Shown: positions 20,472-32,695 of the stretch, piece by piece
Layout of the letters: the number at the start of each line of letters is the position of its first letter
How positions within the stretch are numbered: position 1 is the stretch's first letter
Assembly: GCA_963707945.1 (NCBI GenBank)
Contig: CAVPRM010000002.1
Coordinates: 100,574 to 164,573 of the forward strand
Direction of reading: 5' to 3'
Length of the DNA stretch: 64,000 nucleotides
Origin: an uncultured delta proteobacterium
Lineage (GTDB): Bacteria; Myxococcota_A; UBA9160; SZUA-336
Position numbers and translations under genes: made by a program
The notes under the pieces: model-generated
Database searches by the model: none
Told to the model about the DNA's origin: nothing
The model's input: the letters and a program-made list of their open reading frames with translations, nothing else

Positions 20472-21037
20472 GCCGGCAACTCAACTTGATCCTCACGGGC
20501 CCGCCGGGCTCGGGGAAGGGCACGCAGGCCAAGCGCCTGGTGGAGAAGTACGGCATTCCGCAGATCTCCACCGGCGACATCCTGCGCGAGGCCGTGAAGA
20601 GCGGCTCCGAGATCGGCGTGCGCGCCAAGAAGATCATGGACTCGGGCGAGCTCGTCCCGGACGAGGTCGTGATCGAGATCGTGCGCCAGCGGCTGGCGCG
20701 ACCCGACTGCAAGCCGGGCTGCGTGCTCGACGGCTTCCCTCGCACGAAGAACCAGGCGGTCGCCCTCGACGCGATCCTGCGCGAGCAGGGCCGCGAGCCC
20801 GCGCGCGTGATCGCGCTCGTCGTCGCCGACGCCGAGCTGCGCCGCCGGATCCTCTCCCGCGGCGAGGGGCGCGCGGACGACACCGAAGAGGCCGTGGCAA
20901 AACGCCTCGACGTCTACCGCCGCGATACCGAGCCGGTGCTCGCGCACTACGCGACGTCGGTCGTCCGGATCGACGGCGTCGGCTCCATGGACGACATCAC
21001 CGCGCGCATCACGAAGGCGATCGGAGCGGTCGCGTGA
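20468..21037 (+). CDS. adk: adenylate kinase (short-lid form)
   Basis: ATG 20468 overlaps the secY stop. LNLILTGPPGSGKGTQAKRLVEKYGIPQISTGDILREAV...VLDGFPRT. 189 aa with a very short lid segment (ILSRGEGRADDTEEAV). Confidence 0.93.
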   Translation: MSRQLNLILTGPPGSGKGTQAKRLVEKYGIPQISTGDILREAVKSGSEIGVRAKKIMDSGELVPDEVVIEIVRQRLARPDCKPGCVLDGFPRTKNQAVALDAILREQGREPARVIALVVADAELRRRILSRGEGRADDTEEAVAKRLDVYRRDTEPVLAHYATSVVRIDGVGSMDDITARITKAIGAVA

Positions 21038-21808
21038 TCCAGATCAAGTCCAAGCGCGAGCTCGACAAGATGCGCGAGGCCGGGCGACACGTGGGCGAGA
21101 TCCTCGTCCGGATGGCGTCGCTCGTGAAGCCGGGCATCACGACCGCCGAGCTCGACCGGGTGGCGCGCGAGGAGATCAAGGCGCGCAAGCTCACCTCGTC
21201 GTTCCTGAACTACGCGCCGGGCGGCCAGCCGCCGTTCCCCGCGGTGCTGTGCGCGTCGATCAACGACGAGATCGTGCACGGCATCCCCGGCCCGCGCCGG
21301 GTGGTCGAAGGGGATCTCCTGAAGCTCGATTTCGGCGCGATCTGCGACGGCTACCACGGCGACGCGGCGCTGTCGCTCGCGGTCGGCCCGGTCGACGACG
21401 AGTCGCGCCGGCTGCTCGCGGTGACCCACGCCGCACTCGAGGCGGGCATCCGCGAGCTCGTCCCCGGCAAGCGGCTGGGCGACGTCGGCGCGGCGGTGCA
21501 GGACGTCGTCGAGCGCGCGGGCTTCTCGGTCGTGCGCGACTTCGTCGGCCACGCGATCGGCACCGCCATGCACGAGCCGCCGCAGCTGCCCGAACTTCGG
21601 CAAGCCGGGCCGCGGCCAGCGCCTGCGCGAGGGCATGGTCTTCGCGATCGAGCCCATGGTGAACGCGGGCGGCTGGGAGATCTCGCTGCGCTCCGACGGC
21701 TGGACCGCGGCGACGGCCGACGGCCGCCGCTCGGCCCACTTCGAACACACGGTCGCGATCACCGATCACGGCCCGGAGATCCTGACGCGCGTCCCCGGGA
21801 CGCACTAG
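21034..21808 (+). CDS. map: type I methionine aminopeptidase; frame broken by a +1 indel at ~21592
   Basis: [24 protein letters not shown]...[14 protein letters not shown]...[14 protein letters not shown]...[18 protein letters not shown], then the next frame [65 protein letters not shown], stop TAG 21806-21808. Length 775 = 3n+1. Confidence 0.93.
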
Positions 21809-21819
21809 GCGGGCGAATC

Positions 21820-21934
21820 ATGAAGGTCAGAGCTTCAGTCAAGAAGATGTGTGACAAGTGCAAGATCATCCGCCGCAAGCGGCGTGATCCGCGTGATCTG
21901 CGAGAACCCGAAACACAAGCAGAGGCAGGGCTAG
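21820..21934 (+). CDS. rpmJ: 50S ribosomal protein L36; frame broken by a +1 indel at ~21880
   Basis: MKVRASVKKMCDKCKIIRRK, then the next frame GVIRVICENPKHKQRQG, stop TAG 21932-21934. Length 115 = 3n+1. Confidence 0.92.
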
Positions 21935-21937
21935 AAG

Positions 21938-22319
21938 ATGGCGCGCATCGCGGGAGTCGATCTGCCGCGCGAGAAGGCGATCAAGGTCGCCCTCACGTAC
22001 ATCTACGGGATCGGCAATTCGTCGGCGGCGCGGATCTGCGACGAGGCGAGCGTGGCGCCGAACACGAAGACCTTCGATCTCGACGAGACCGAGATCGTGC
22101 GGCTGCGCGACGTGATCGAGAGCCAGCTACAAGGTCGAGGGCGACCTGCGCCGCGAGGTCACGCAGAACATCAAGATGCTGATGGACATCGGCTGCTACC
22201 GCGGCCTGCGCCATCGCAAGGGGCTGCCCGTCCGCGGCCAGCGCACCCACACCAACGCGCGTACCCGCAAGGGCCCGCGCAAGACCGTCGCCGGCAAGAA
22301 AGTCGCGACGAAGAAGTAA
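21938..22319 (+). CDS. rpsM: 30S ribosomal protein S13; frame broken by a +1 indel at ~22127
   Basis: [39 protein letters not shown]...RLRDVIESQ, then the next frame [58 protein letters not shown], stop TAA 22317-22319. Length 382 = 3n+1. Confidence 0.93.
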
Positions 22320-22336
22320 TGGGGAACTGAACCCGC

Positions 22337-22734
<398 letters not shown>

Positions 22735-22743
22735 GGAGACTCC

Positions 22744-23375
22744 TTGGCTCGTTACAACGACTCGGTTTGTCGGCTCTGCCGGCGCGAAGGCATGAAGCTG
22801 TTCCTGAAGGGGGAGCGCTGCTTCTCGGACAAGTGCTCGATCGAGCGGCGCAACTATCCGCCGGGACAGCACGGCCAGGGCCGGCCGAAGTTCTCGGACT
22901 ACGGCATGCAGCTGCGCGAGAAGCAGAAGGTGCGCCGCATCTACGGCATCCTCGAGCGGCAGTTCCGCAAGACCGTCGCCGACGCCGCGCAAGCTGAAGG
23001 GCGTGAAGGGCGAGAACCTGATGGCGCTGCTCGAGCGCCGGCTCGACAACGTCGTGTACCGGCTCGGCTTCGTCACGTCGCGCGCGGAGGCGCGCCAGCT
23101 CGTGCTGCCACGGCCACTTCAAGGTGAACGGGCGGCGGGTCGACGATCCCGTCCTACCGCGTGCGCAAGGGCGACAAGGTCGAGCTGACGCGCGCGCGGC
23201 GCAGAAGGCGGCCCGCATCGAGGGGGCGCTCGCCGCGCTCGAGAGCCGCAGCATCCCGAGCTGGCTGTCGATCGACAAGGACCAGAAGCAGGGCACGATC
23301 CTGGCCGACCCCGTCCGCGACGAGATCACGCTCCCGATCCAGGAACAGCTGATCATCGAGCTCTACTCGCGCTAG
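22744..23375 (+). CDS. rpsD: 30S ribosomal protein S4; four indels (+1 ~22990, +1 ~23105, +1 ~23145, -1 ~23190)
   Basis: The S4 sequence can only be read by hopping frames: [31 protein letters not shown]...[14 protein letters not shown] | [37 protein letters not shown] | [13 protein letters not shown] | [15 protein letters not shown] | [32 protein letters not shown]...[12 protein letters not shown]. Length 632 = 3n+2. Confidence 0.9.
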
Positions 23376-23438
23376 CGCGCGCAATCAGCGCGCGCTCCAC
23401 AGACGGGGCGCGCGCCATCTCACTTCCCCGGAGGTTCC

Positions 23439-24466
23439 ATGAACGTTGATCTGATGGTGCGAAACTGGCAGACCCTGATCCGCCCGCGGCGCATCGACAT
23501 CGAGGACAACCTGTCCGCGACCTACGGGCGCTTCGAGTGCGCGCCGCTGGAGCGCGGCTTCGGGCTGACGCTCGGCAACGCGCTCCGGCGCGTGCTGCTC
23601 TCGTCGCTGCAGGGCGCGGCGATCACGCTCGGTGCGGATCGAGGGCGTGCAGCACGAGTTCAGCTCGATCCCGGGCGTGCTCGAGGACGTGACCGACATC
23701 GTCCTCAACCTGAAGGAAGTGCGGCTGCGCTCGCACTCCGCCGAGCCCAAGCAGATCGTGATCAAGAAGTCGGGCGGCGGCGCGGTCACCGCCAGCGACT
23801 TCACCTCGCCCGACCAGACCGTCGAGATCCTCGAGGGCCACCGCCACATCGCGACCCTGTCCGGCGACGGCGAGCTCTCGCTCACCGCGACGGTCGAGAC
23901 GGGCAAGGGCTTCGTGCTCGCGGAGAAGAACGCCAAGGAAGACCAGCCGATCGGCACGATCCCGATCGACTCGATCTTCTCGCCGGTGCGCAAGGTGAAC
24001 TACACCGTCACCAACGCGCGCGTCGGCCGCGAGACCGACTACGACCGGCTGTCGATCGAGATCTGGACCGACGGCTCGGTCGCGCCCGCGGACGCGCTCG
24101 CCTTCGCGGCGAAGATCCTGAAGGACCAGCTCTCGATCTTCATCAACTTCGAGGAGGACGTGGAGCGCCCGTACGCCCCGGCGATCCACTCCGTCGACGC
24201 CGAACGAGATCCTGTTCCGGCCGGTCGACGAGCTCGAGCTGTCGGTGCGCTCGGCCAACTGCCTGCAGAACGCCGACATCAAGTACATCGGCGAGCTCGT
24301 GCAGCGCAGCGAGGCCGAGATGCTCAAGACCAAGAACTTCGGGCGCAAGTCGCTGAACGAGATCAAGGAGATCCTCGCCGGTCTCGGCCTCGAGTTCGGC
24401 ATGAAGCTCGAGAACTTCCCGTCGCGCAAGGAGCTCGATCGCTTGCGCGAGGACGCCGACGCCTAG
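23439..24466 (+). CDS. rpoA: DNA-directed RNA polymerase subunit alpha; two +1 indels (~23627 and ~24202)
   Basis: ...[33 protein letters not shown] | [30 protein letters not shown]...[23 protein letters not shown]... | [58 protein letters not shown] (track ORF 24245..24466). Length 1028 = 3n+2. Confidence 0.94.
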
Positions 24467-24503
24467 CTGAGCGAGGGCACCGACTAAGGCGACCGATCCG
24501 TCC

Positions 24504-24898
24504 ATGCGCCATCGCGAAGACCACCGAAAACTCGGGCCGGAACACCGCGCACCGCCGCGCGATGCTCCGGAACATGGTGACGTCGCTCCTCGAGCACGAG
24601 GAGATCCGCACCACCACCGCCAAGGCCAAGGAGCTGCGGCGGGTCGCCGAGCAGATGATCACGCTCGGGCAAGAAGGGCACGCTCGCGGCGCGCCGGCGC
24701 GCGCTCACCTTCGTGCGCAGCAAGGAAGTCACGGCCAAGCTCTTCGACGAGCTGGCCAAGCGCTACGGCACCCGCCCGGGCGGCTACACCCGCCAGTTCA
24801 AGGTCGGCCCGCGGCACGGCGACAACGCGGAGATCTCGATCATCCAGCTCGTCGACGCGCAGAAGCGCGGCGGCGGGGAGGCGAACGCCGACACTTGA
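24504..24898 (+). CDS. rplQ: 50S ribosomal protein L17; two +1 indels (~24535 and ~24668)
   Basis: [11 protein letters not shown] | [44 protein letters not shown] | [61 protein letters not shown]. Both shifts are at ctcGGGC. Length 395 = 3n+2. Confidence 0.92.
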
Positions 24899-25473
24899 AG
24901 CGCCCCGGGAGCGGAACGCTTTCCCTCCTGATCGCCGCGGCGCTGTTCGCGGCGGGGGTCGGCGCTTGGGTCGGGCTGTTCCAGCCGCAGGCCACCCCGT
25001 CCCTGCGCTCCGGCGGGCTCGCGCCCGAGTTCGCGCTGCCGCTGTCCGGCGGCGGCGAGGTGTCGCTCGCGTCGCTCCGCGGCAAGGTCGTGTTCGTGAA
25101 CTTCTGGGCCACCTGGTGCACCCCCTGCCGGCTGGAGGCGCCCTCCCTCCAGCGCCTGTACAACACGCTGCGGGCCGACGGCTTCGAGGTGCTCGGGGTC
25201 TCGATCGACACGGCGGACGCCGGCGAAGCCGTCGGCCGGTTCAAGCGCGACTTCTCGCTCTCCTTCCCGATCCCCCTCGACCCGACCAAGACGGTCTACA
25301 AGAGCTATGGGGCGAGCGGCGTCCCCGAGACCTTCCTGGTCGATCCGGACGGAAAGCTGCTCGAACGCTTCGTAGGCCCTCAGAATTGGGACGACCCGCG
25401 CTATGTTCGTGAGATCCGCCGGGCACTCGCCGCGGCGGGGACTCGCTCGGGGGGGAGTCCAGGTGGATCGTGA
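24895..25473 (+). CDS. membrane-anchored TlpA/ResA-like thiol:disulfide oxidoreductase (thioredoxin fold)
   Basis: Tail of track ORF 23632..25473. TTG 24895 overlaps the rplQ stop. N-terminal anchor [21 protein letters not shown], then [21 protein letters not shown] (WCxxC), then [14 protein letters not shown]. Confidence 0.8.
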   Translation: MKRPGSGTLSLLIAAALFAAGVGAWVGLFQPQATPSLRSGGLAPEFALPLSGGGEVSLASLRGKVVFVNFWATWCTPCRLEAPSLQRLYNTLRADGFEVLGVSIDTADAGEAVGRFKRDFSLSFPIPLDPTKTVYKSYGASGVPETFLVDPDGKLLERFVGPQNWDDPRYVREIRRALAAAGTRSGGSPGGS

Positions 25474-25792
25474 GTCCGAGGCCTCGGGCCTGCCGCGCCG
25501 GCGCGTCCTGCTCTGGATCGGGCCGCTGGCGGCGCTGGCGGGCGCTGCATTCGCGCTGCTCTACGACGCCGACAACGGCTTGCGCGCGGTCTTCCGCGTG
25601 AACGCCGAGCTCGCGCGCGCCGAGCTGCGGCTGGCGAAGCTGTCTGCCGAGCGCGGCGCGCTGGTGGCGCGGGCCGAGCGGCTGCGCAGCGATCCCTTCG
25701 AGATCGAGAGCGTGGCCCGGGAGTCCTTCGGCATGGTCCGCCCGGGTGAGATCGTCGTCCGGCTGCGCAGCTCGACCCCCCGGGGCGATTGA
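25463..25792 (+). CDS. ftsB: FtsB/DivIC-like septum formation initiator
   Basis: GTG 25463 with SD GGGGGAG 6 nt upstream (track ORF 25403..25792). TM segment [18 protein letters not shown], coiled coil, then [25 protein letters not shown]. Confidence 0.7.
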   Translation: MDRESEASGLPRRRVLLWIGPLAALAGAAFALLYDADNGLRAVFRVNAELARAELRLAKLSAERGALVARAERLRSDPFEIESVARESFGMVRPGEIVVRLRSSTPRGD

Positions 25793-25825
25793 CCCGCGGG
25801 CAGGGGCGGGCTACCGGGAAACACG

Positions 25826-27496
25826 ATGCGAGACGAGGTCGACAAGCTCATTCGCGATGCGGCCACCCGTCTGCTCCGCGAGCACGCGCCGGGCTCGCTC
25901 GACCTGGTCGCGAGCCTGGCGGTGGTCCCGCCGAAGACCCCCGAACACGGCGACTTCGCGAGCAACGCGGCGCTGATCCTGGCCAAGGCGATCGGCCGGC
26001 CGCCTCGCGAGGTGGCCCAGCTCCTTCAGACCGAGCTCGGCAACGGCGGCGGCGCGCTCGAGCGCACCGAGATCGCCGGCCCCGGCTTCCTGAACGTCTT
26101 CCTCTCCCGCGACCGCTGGCGCCAGCGGATCGTGCGGGTGCTGCGCGAGGGCGCGAGCTTCGGCAAGAGCGCGGCGGGGGCGGGCGCGCACGTGATGGTC
26201 GAGTTCGTCTCGGCCAACCCGACGGGACCGCTGACGATCGGACACGGGCGCAACGCGGTGCTGGGCGACTGCATCGCCCGGCTGCTCGAGGCGACCGGCC
26301 ACAAGGTCGTGCGCGAGTACTACTTCAACGACGCCGGCCGGCAGATGCGCGTGCTCGCCCAGTCGCTGCGCGCCCGCTACCTGCAGGAGCTGGGCGATCC
26401 CGCGGAGCTGCCCGACGAGGGCTACCAGGGCGAGTATCTCGTCGAGATCGCGCGGAGCGCTGCGCGCCGAGGTCGGCGAGAGCTGGCGCGACGCCGACGA
26501 GGCGCGCTTCCGGGCCGCGCGCCGTGGACGCGATCTTCGCCGAGATCGAGCGCACGCTCGCGAACCTGGGCGTCCGCTTCGACTCCTACTTCAACGAGCA
26601 CACGCTGTACGAGCGGCGCCTGGTCGAGGCGACCCTCGCGGACCTGCGCGCGCGCGGCCTCGTGTTCGAGCAGGACGGCGCGGTCTGGCTGCGCTCGACC
26701 GGCTTCGGTCTCGAACGCGACCGCGTGCTCGTGAAGTCGAGCGGGCGAGGCGACCTACCTGCTGCCGGATCTCGCCTACCACCGCGAGTCGCTCGCGCGC
26801 GGGCTCGACCGGATCATCGACGTGCTCGGCCCCGACCACATCGCGCAGTTCCCCTACGTGCGCGCGGGCGTGGCGGCGCTCGGCGGCGACGCCGACAAGG
26901 TCGAGCTGGTCATGTACCAGTGGGTGAACCTGCGCCGCGGCGGCGAGCTCGTGAAGATGTCGACGCGCAAGGCGTCCTTCGTGACCGTGGACGAGATCCT
27001 CGCCGAGGTCGGGCGCGATGTGTTCCGCTACTTCATGGTCGAGCGGCGCGCCGACACGCACCTGGACTTCGACGTGGAGCTGGCGGCCGAGCGCTCCGAG
27101 CGCAACCCGGTGTTCAAGATCCAGTACGCGCACGCGCGCCTGTGCAGCATCGCGCGCAAGGCCGCCGAGGCCGGACTCGAGCTGGCGGGCGACCCCGCGT
27201 CGCTCCCGCTCCAGCGGGTCGACTCGCCCGAGGAGATCGAGCTCGCCAAGCTCGTCGAGCGCTTCCCCGAGGTCGTGCTGCACGCCGCGCAGACGCGCGA
27301 GCCGCAGGAGGTCGCGCGCTACCTGCTCGAGCTGGCCAACGCCTTCAACACCTACGTGTCGGACGGGAAGCGACACCGCGTCGTGTCGGACGACCGCGAG
27401 CTCTCGCTCGCGCGCCTCGCGCTGGTGGGCGCGGTCCAGATCGCGCTCGCGAATGGCCTCGAACTGCTCGGCGTCTCCGCGCCGGAACGGATGTGA
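25826..27496 (+). CDS. argS: arginine--tRNA ligase; three +1 indels (~26456, ~26520, ~26744) that together restore the original frame
   Basis: ...HVMVEFVSANPTGPLTIGHGRNAVLGDCIARLL...GEYLVEIAR | ALRAEVGESWRDADEARFRAAR | VDAIFAEIERTLANLGVRFDSYFNEHTLY...RVLVKSSG | EATYLLPDLAYHRESLARGLDRIIDVLGPDH...KMSTRKASFVTVDEIL...GVSAPERM (track ORF 26822..27496). Length 1671 = 3n with 3 extra bases. Confidence 0.92.
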
Positions 27497-27497
27497 C

Positions 27498-28232
27498 ATG
27501 AGCCAACACGAAGAAGAGCCGCGACCCGCACGGGCCACTCGAAAGGGGGGAGGCCAGAGCCACGCCCGCTACCTGTACGGGGCGCTCCTGGTCGCGATCG
27601 GCGGGTGCCTGGGCATCGTGATCGGCTCGGTCTCGGACACGCCGCGCATCCTGTTCGAGCGCCTGCGCGGCCCGGTCGAGACCGTCGACCTCGAGCCGGC
27701 TCCCGCGGCCGCCGCTCCCGCGACGGCCCCGCCGCTCGAGGCGTTCGGCGAGCTGCAGGGCGCGCCGGCGGCTGCCGCCAAGCCGAAGCCCGCGCCTGCG
27801 CCGGCTGCGAAGGCGCCCGAGCCCGCGAAGCCTGTCGCGACTGCCAAGGCCCTGGAGCCGGCCAAGCCCGAGCCCGCCAAGACGGCGGCGAAGGCCGAGC
27901 CCAAGCCGGCACCCGCGGTCTCGAGCCCGCCACCCGCCGCGGCGGCCAAATCTCCCGACGAGATCGTGCGCGAGCTCGAGAAGAAGACGGCAGCTGCGCC
28001 CGCGGCGCCGAGCGGCACCGTCGTCCAGGTCCTCTCGCTTGCCGACCAGAAGCAGGCCGACGCCATGATCGCGCGGCTGCGCTCGCAGGGCTTCGAGCCG
28101 TACTCCAGCCCGATGCCCAACAAGGCCGGCAAGCTCCGCGTGCGAGTGCGCCCGAAGTCGGGCGAGACCACGGCCGCGCTCGAGGCGCGCCTGCGCGAGC
28201 TCGGCTTCAAGACCTGGACGACCTCGGAGTGA
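27498..28232 (+). CDS. SPOR-domain (peptidoglycan-binding) membrane protein with Ala/Pro/Lys-rich linker
   Basis: ATG 27498 inside track ORF 27018..28232. TM LYGALLVAIGGCLGIVIG, long PAPAAKAPEPAKP linker, C-terminal VVQVLSLADQKQADAMIARLRSQGFEPYSSP...LRVRVRP. Confidence 0.75.
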   Translation: MSQHEEEPRPARATRKGGGQSHARYLYGALLVAIGGCLGIVIGSVSDTPRILFERLRGPVETVDLEPAPAAAAPATAPPLEAFGELQGAPAAAAKPKPAPAPAAKAPEPAKPVATAKALEPAKPEPAKTAAKAEPKPAPAVSSPPPAAAAKSPDEIVRELEKKTAAAPAAPSGTVVQVLSLADQKQADAMIARLRSQGFEPYSSPMPNKAGKLRVRVRPKSGETTAALEARLRELGFKTWTTSE

Positions 28233-29093
28233 GCTCGACCCGGACCCGGGTCTGGCTCGTGACGGGCGCCACCGGACAGGTCGGCAGCGCCTGTCGGGCG
28301 CTCGCCGGCGAGTACGGCGTGAAGGCGATCGGCTATCCCGAGCGGCTCATGAACGTCCGAAGCAGCGACGAGGTGAGGCGCGTTCTCGACAAGGAACGCC
28401 CCGACGTGGTCCTCAACACCGCGGCTGTCACCGCCGTCGACCGCTGCGAGAGCGAGGACAAGGCGCTCGCCCAGCGCGTGAACGCTCGCGCGCCGGGTCT
28501 CTTTGCGGAGGCCTGCCGGGGCGGGCCGCTTCTGGTGCAGATGTCCACCGACTTCGTCTTCGACGGACGCGCTTCGACGCCCATTCCCGAGGATGCCCCG
28601 ACCGGCCCGCTGTCCGTCTACGGAGAGACCAAGCGCGCCGGCGAGGAGGCGGTCCGGTCCTCGGGGGCCGAGCACCTAGTGGTGCGCACGCAGTGGGTCT
28701 TCGGCTCGGGCCCGAACTTCGTGCGGACGATCGTCGCGGCGGCCGGGAAGGGCCAGGCGCTCCGCGTCGTCGAAGACCAGCTGGGTCGGCCGACCTGGGC
28801 GTCGTCGCTCGCCCGCGCGCTATTCGCGGCCGTTCGCAGCGGAGCGCGCGGCGATCTCCATCTCACCAACGAGGGCATCGCCTCGTGGCACGAGTTCGCG
28901 CGTGCGATCGTCGAAGAAGCCGCTCGCCGGGGACTGTGTCCGCGCGTCGATGTGCGCCCCATCCGGACGTCGGAGATGCCGCGCCCGGCCAGGCGGCCCG
29001 CATACGGTGTGCTCGCTCTCGACCGGGCGCGCGCGCTCGGCATCGAATCTCCCCATTGGCGCGACGTGCTGTCGCAGTACCTGGAGGTAATGA

Positions 29094-29101
<8 letters not shown>
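28229..29101 (+). CDS. rfbD: dTDP-4-dehydrorhamnose reductase
   Basis: GTG 28229 overlaps the upstream stop. [14 protein letters not shown]...[16 protein letters not shown]...[37 protein letters not shown]. Confidence 0.85.
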
Positions 29102-30037
<936 letters not shown>

Positions 30038-30041
<4 letters not shown>

Positions 30042-31847
30042 GCTCGATCCCGCGCGAGCGAGTTCGCTGCTTCGCGATCATCGCCCACATCGACCACGGC
30101 AAGTCCACGCTGACCGATCGCCTGATCGAGCTGACCGGCACCGTCGACGTGCGCGAGCGGGTCGACCAGATGACCGACACGATGGACCTCGAGCGCGAGC
30201 GCGGCATCACCATCAAGGCGCAGACGGTGCGCATGATCTACCGCGCGAACGACGGCCTCGACTACCTGCTGAACCTGATCGACACGCCGGGTCACGTGGA
30301 CTTCCACTACGAGGTGTCGCGCTCGCTCGCCGCCTGCGAGGGCGCGATCCTGGTGGTCGACGCCGCACAGGGCGTCGAAGCGCAGACCGTCGCGAACGCG
30401 GAGCTCGCGGTCGCCGCGGGGCTCGAGATCATCCCGGTGGTGAACAAGATCGACCTGCCCAGCGCCGACCCGGAGCGGGCGCTGCGCGAGATCGAGGACA
30501 TCGTCGGCATCTCGGCCGAGGGAGCGCTGCGCGTGTCGGCCAAGACGGGCGAGAACGTTGCGGCGATCCTCGAGGCGATCGTCGCCCGCGTGCCGGCGCC
30601 CAAGGGCGATCCCGAGGCGCCGCTGCGCGCGCTGATCTTCGACAGCTGGTACGACTCGTTCATGGGGGCGACCATGCTGGTGCGCCTGGTCGACGGCCAG
30701 CTCGAGCGGCGCGCGCGCATCCAGCTCCTGTCCGACAAGAGCGAGTGGGACGTGACCCTGCTCGGTGTACCGCAGATCCGCGTGAACCGGATCGAGTCGG
30801 TCTCGGCCGGCGAGGTCGCGGTCGTGGCGGCGAGCATCCGCGATCCCAAGGCGGTGCGGATCGGCGACACGCTCACCGACGCCGCCCGCCCGGCCAGCGA
30901 GCCGCTGCCCGGCTTCAAGCCCATGCAGCCGATGGTCTGGAGCGGGCTGTATCCGGCCGACCCCGGCAGCTACGACGCGCTGCGCGCCGCGATCGACAAG
31001 CTGCAGCTCAACGACTCGTCGTTCACGGCCGAGCCCGAGACGTCGGGCGCGCTCGGCTTCGGCTTTCGCTGCGGGTATCTCGGGCTGCTGCACATGGAGA
31101 TCGCCCAGGAGCGGCTCGAGCGCGAGTTCGGCCTCGACCTGATCATCACGGCGCCGACGGTCGTCTACCAGGTCAGGAAGACCGATGGGACCATGCTCGA
31201 GCTCCACCGGCCCAGCGACCTGCCGGACCTGAACGACATCGAGGAGATCCTGGAGCCGCGAATCATGGCCCAGATCCACATGCCGACGCCTTATCTGGGT
31301 CCCGTGCTGCAGCTCTGCCAGGAGCGGCGCGGCGTCCAGCGCGACCTGGCAGTGCACAGCGACCGCCGCGCGGTCATCCGGTACGACCTGCCGCTGGCCG
31401 AGGTCGCGGTCGATTTCTACGACAAGCTGAAATCGGTGAGCCGCGGCTACGCCTCGATGAACTACGATCTGATCGGCTTCCGCGCCGAGACCCTGGTCAA
31501 GCTCGACGTGCTGGTGAACGGCGACTCGGTCGACGCGCTCTCGATCATCACGCACCGCGACAACGCCCATCACCGCGGGCCTGGCGCTGATCGCGCGCAT
31601 GAAGGAGCACATTCCCCGCCAGCAGTACGAGGTCGCGCTGCAGGCGGCGATCGGGAGCCGCGTGGTGGCGCGGGTCAACGTGAAGGCGCTGCGCAAGAAC
31701 GTCACCGCGAAGTGCTACGGCGGCGACATCACGCGCAAGAAGAAGCTCCTCGAGAAGCAGAAGGAAGGGAAGAAGCGCATGAAGCAGATCGGGCGCGTCG
31801 AGATCCCGCAGGCGGCCTTCCTCGCCGTGCTCTCGAGCGGCGACTAG
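30038..31847 (+). CDS. lepA: translation elongation factor 4 (LepA); frame broken by a +1 indel at ~31577-31580
   Basis: GTG 30038. [27 protein letters not shown]...[12 protein letters not shown]...[12 protein letters not shown]...[11 protein letters not shown], then the next frame (track ORF 31599..31847) [68 protein letters not shown]. Length 1810 = 3n+1. Confidence 0.94.
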
Positions 31848-31857
31848 GAGGGGCGAG

Positions 31858-32694
31858 GTGGCCAAAGCGGAGGAAGCGGCCCCGGTCGAGAGCGCCAAGC
31901 CCAAGCCGCGCTTCGAGACGCTGCGCGCGGTCTTCTGGGCGGCGCTGATCGCGCTCGCGATCCGCTCCTTCGTGATCGAGCCGTTCAAGATCCCGAGCGG
32001 CTCGATGATCCCGACGCTCCTGGTCGGCGACTACGTGCTGGTGAACAAGTTCGCCTACGGCCTGCGGCTGCCGTTCACCGGGACGCTCTTGATCCCGATC
32101 GGCGCGCCCAAGCGCGGCGACGTGGTCGTGTTCCGCTTCCCCGACGACCCGCGCGAGGACTACATCAAGCGCGTGATCGGCCTGCCCGGCGACAAGATCG
32201 AGGTGCGCGACAAGCGGCTCTACATCAACGGAACGCTCGTCGATCGAACGTCCGAGGGCGAGTACGTCCAGCCGCCCGGCGACATCGGCGGACCGCCGAT
32301 CGCTCAGGAGTTCCTGGAGAAGAACCCCGAGGGTGTCGAGTACACGATCCTGCAGGCGATGCCCGAGGCCAACCGCGGCCCGGCGCCCAGCGGCCCCTGG
32401 ATCGTCCCCGACGGCCAGTACTTCATGATGGGCGACAACCGCGACAACTCGCTCGACAGCCGCCTCTGGCGCCAGCACTTCGTGACCCCCGAGGCGATCA
32501 AGGGCCGCGCCTTCATGATCCACTGGTCCTGGGTGATCGCCGCCGGCGACCGCGCGCCGCGCAGCTTCATCGGCGACCTCTTCTTCACCCTCTCGCGCGT
32601 CCTGACCCTCCAGGTCGAGAAGATCCGCTGGGGCAGGATCGGCCACCCCGTAGCGGGCCCCGCCGACGCCACCCCGCCACCGACGACGCAGTAG
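31858..32694 (+). CDS. lepB: signal peptidase I
   Basis: 278 aa, GTG start with SD GGAGGGG. IRSFVIEPFKIPSGSMIPTLLVGDYVLVNKFAYG...GDVVVFRFP...YIKRVIGLPGD...YFMMGDNRDNSLDSR. Confidence 0.93.
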   Translation: MAKAEEAAPVESAKPKPRFETLRAVFWAALIALAIRSFVIEPFKIPSGSMIPTLLVGDYVLVNKFAYGLRLPFTGTLLIPIGAPKRGDVVVFRFPDDPREDYIKRVIGLPGDKIEVRDKRLYINGTLVDRTSEGEYVQPPGDIGGPPIAQEFLEKNPEGVEYTILQAMPEANRGPAPSGPWIVPDGQYFMMGDNRDNSLDSRLWRQHFVTPEAIKGRAFMIHWSWVIAAGDRAPRSFIGDLFFTLSRVLTLQVEKIRWGRIGHPVAGPADATPPPTTQ

Positions 32695-32695
32695 C

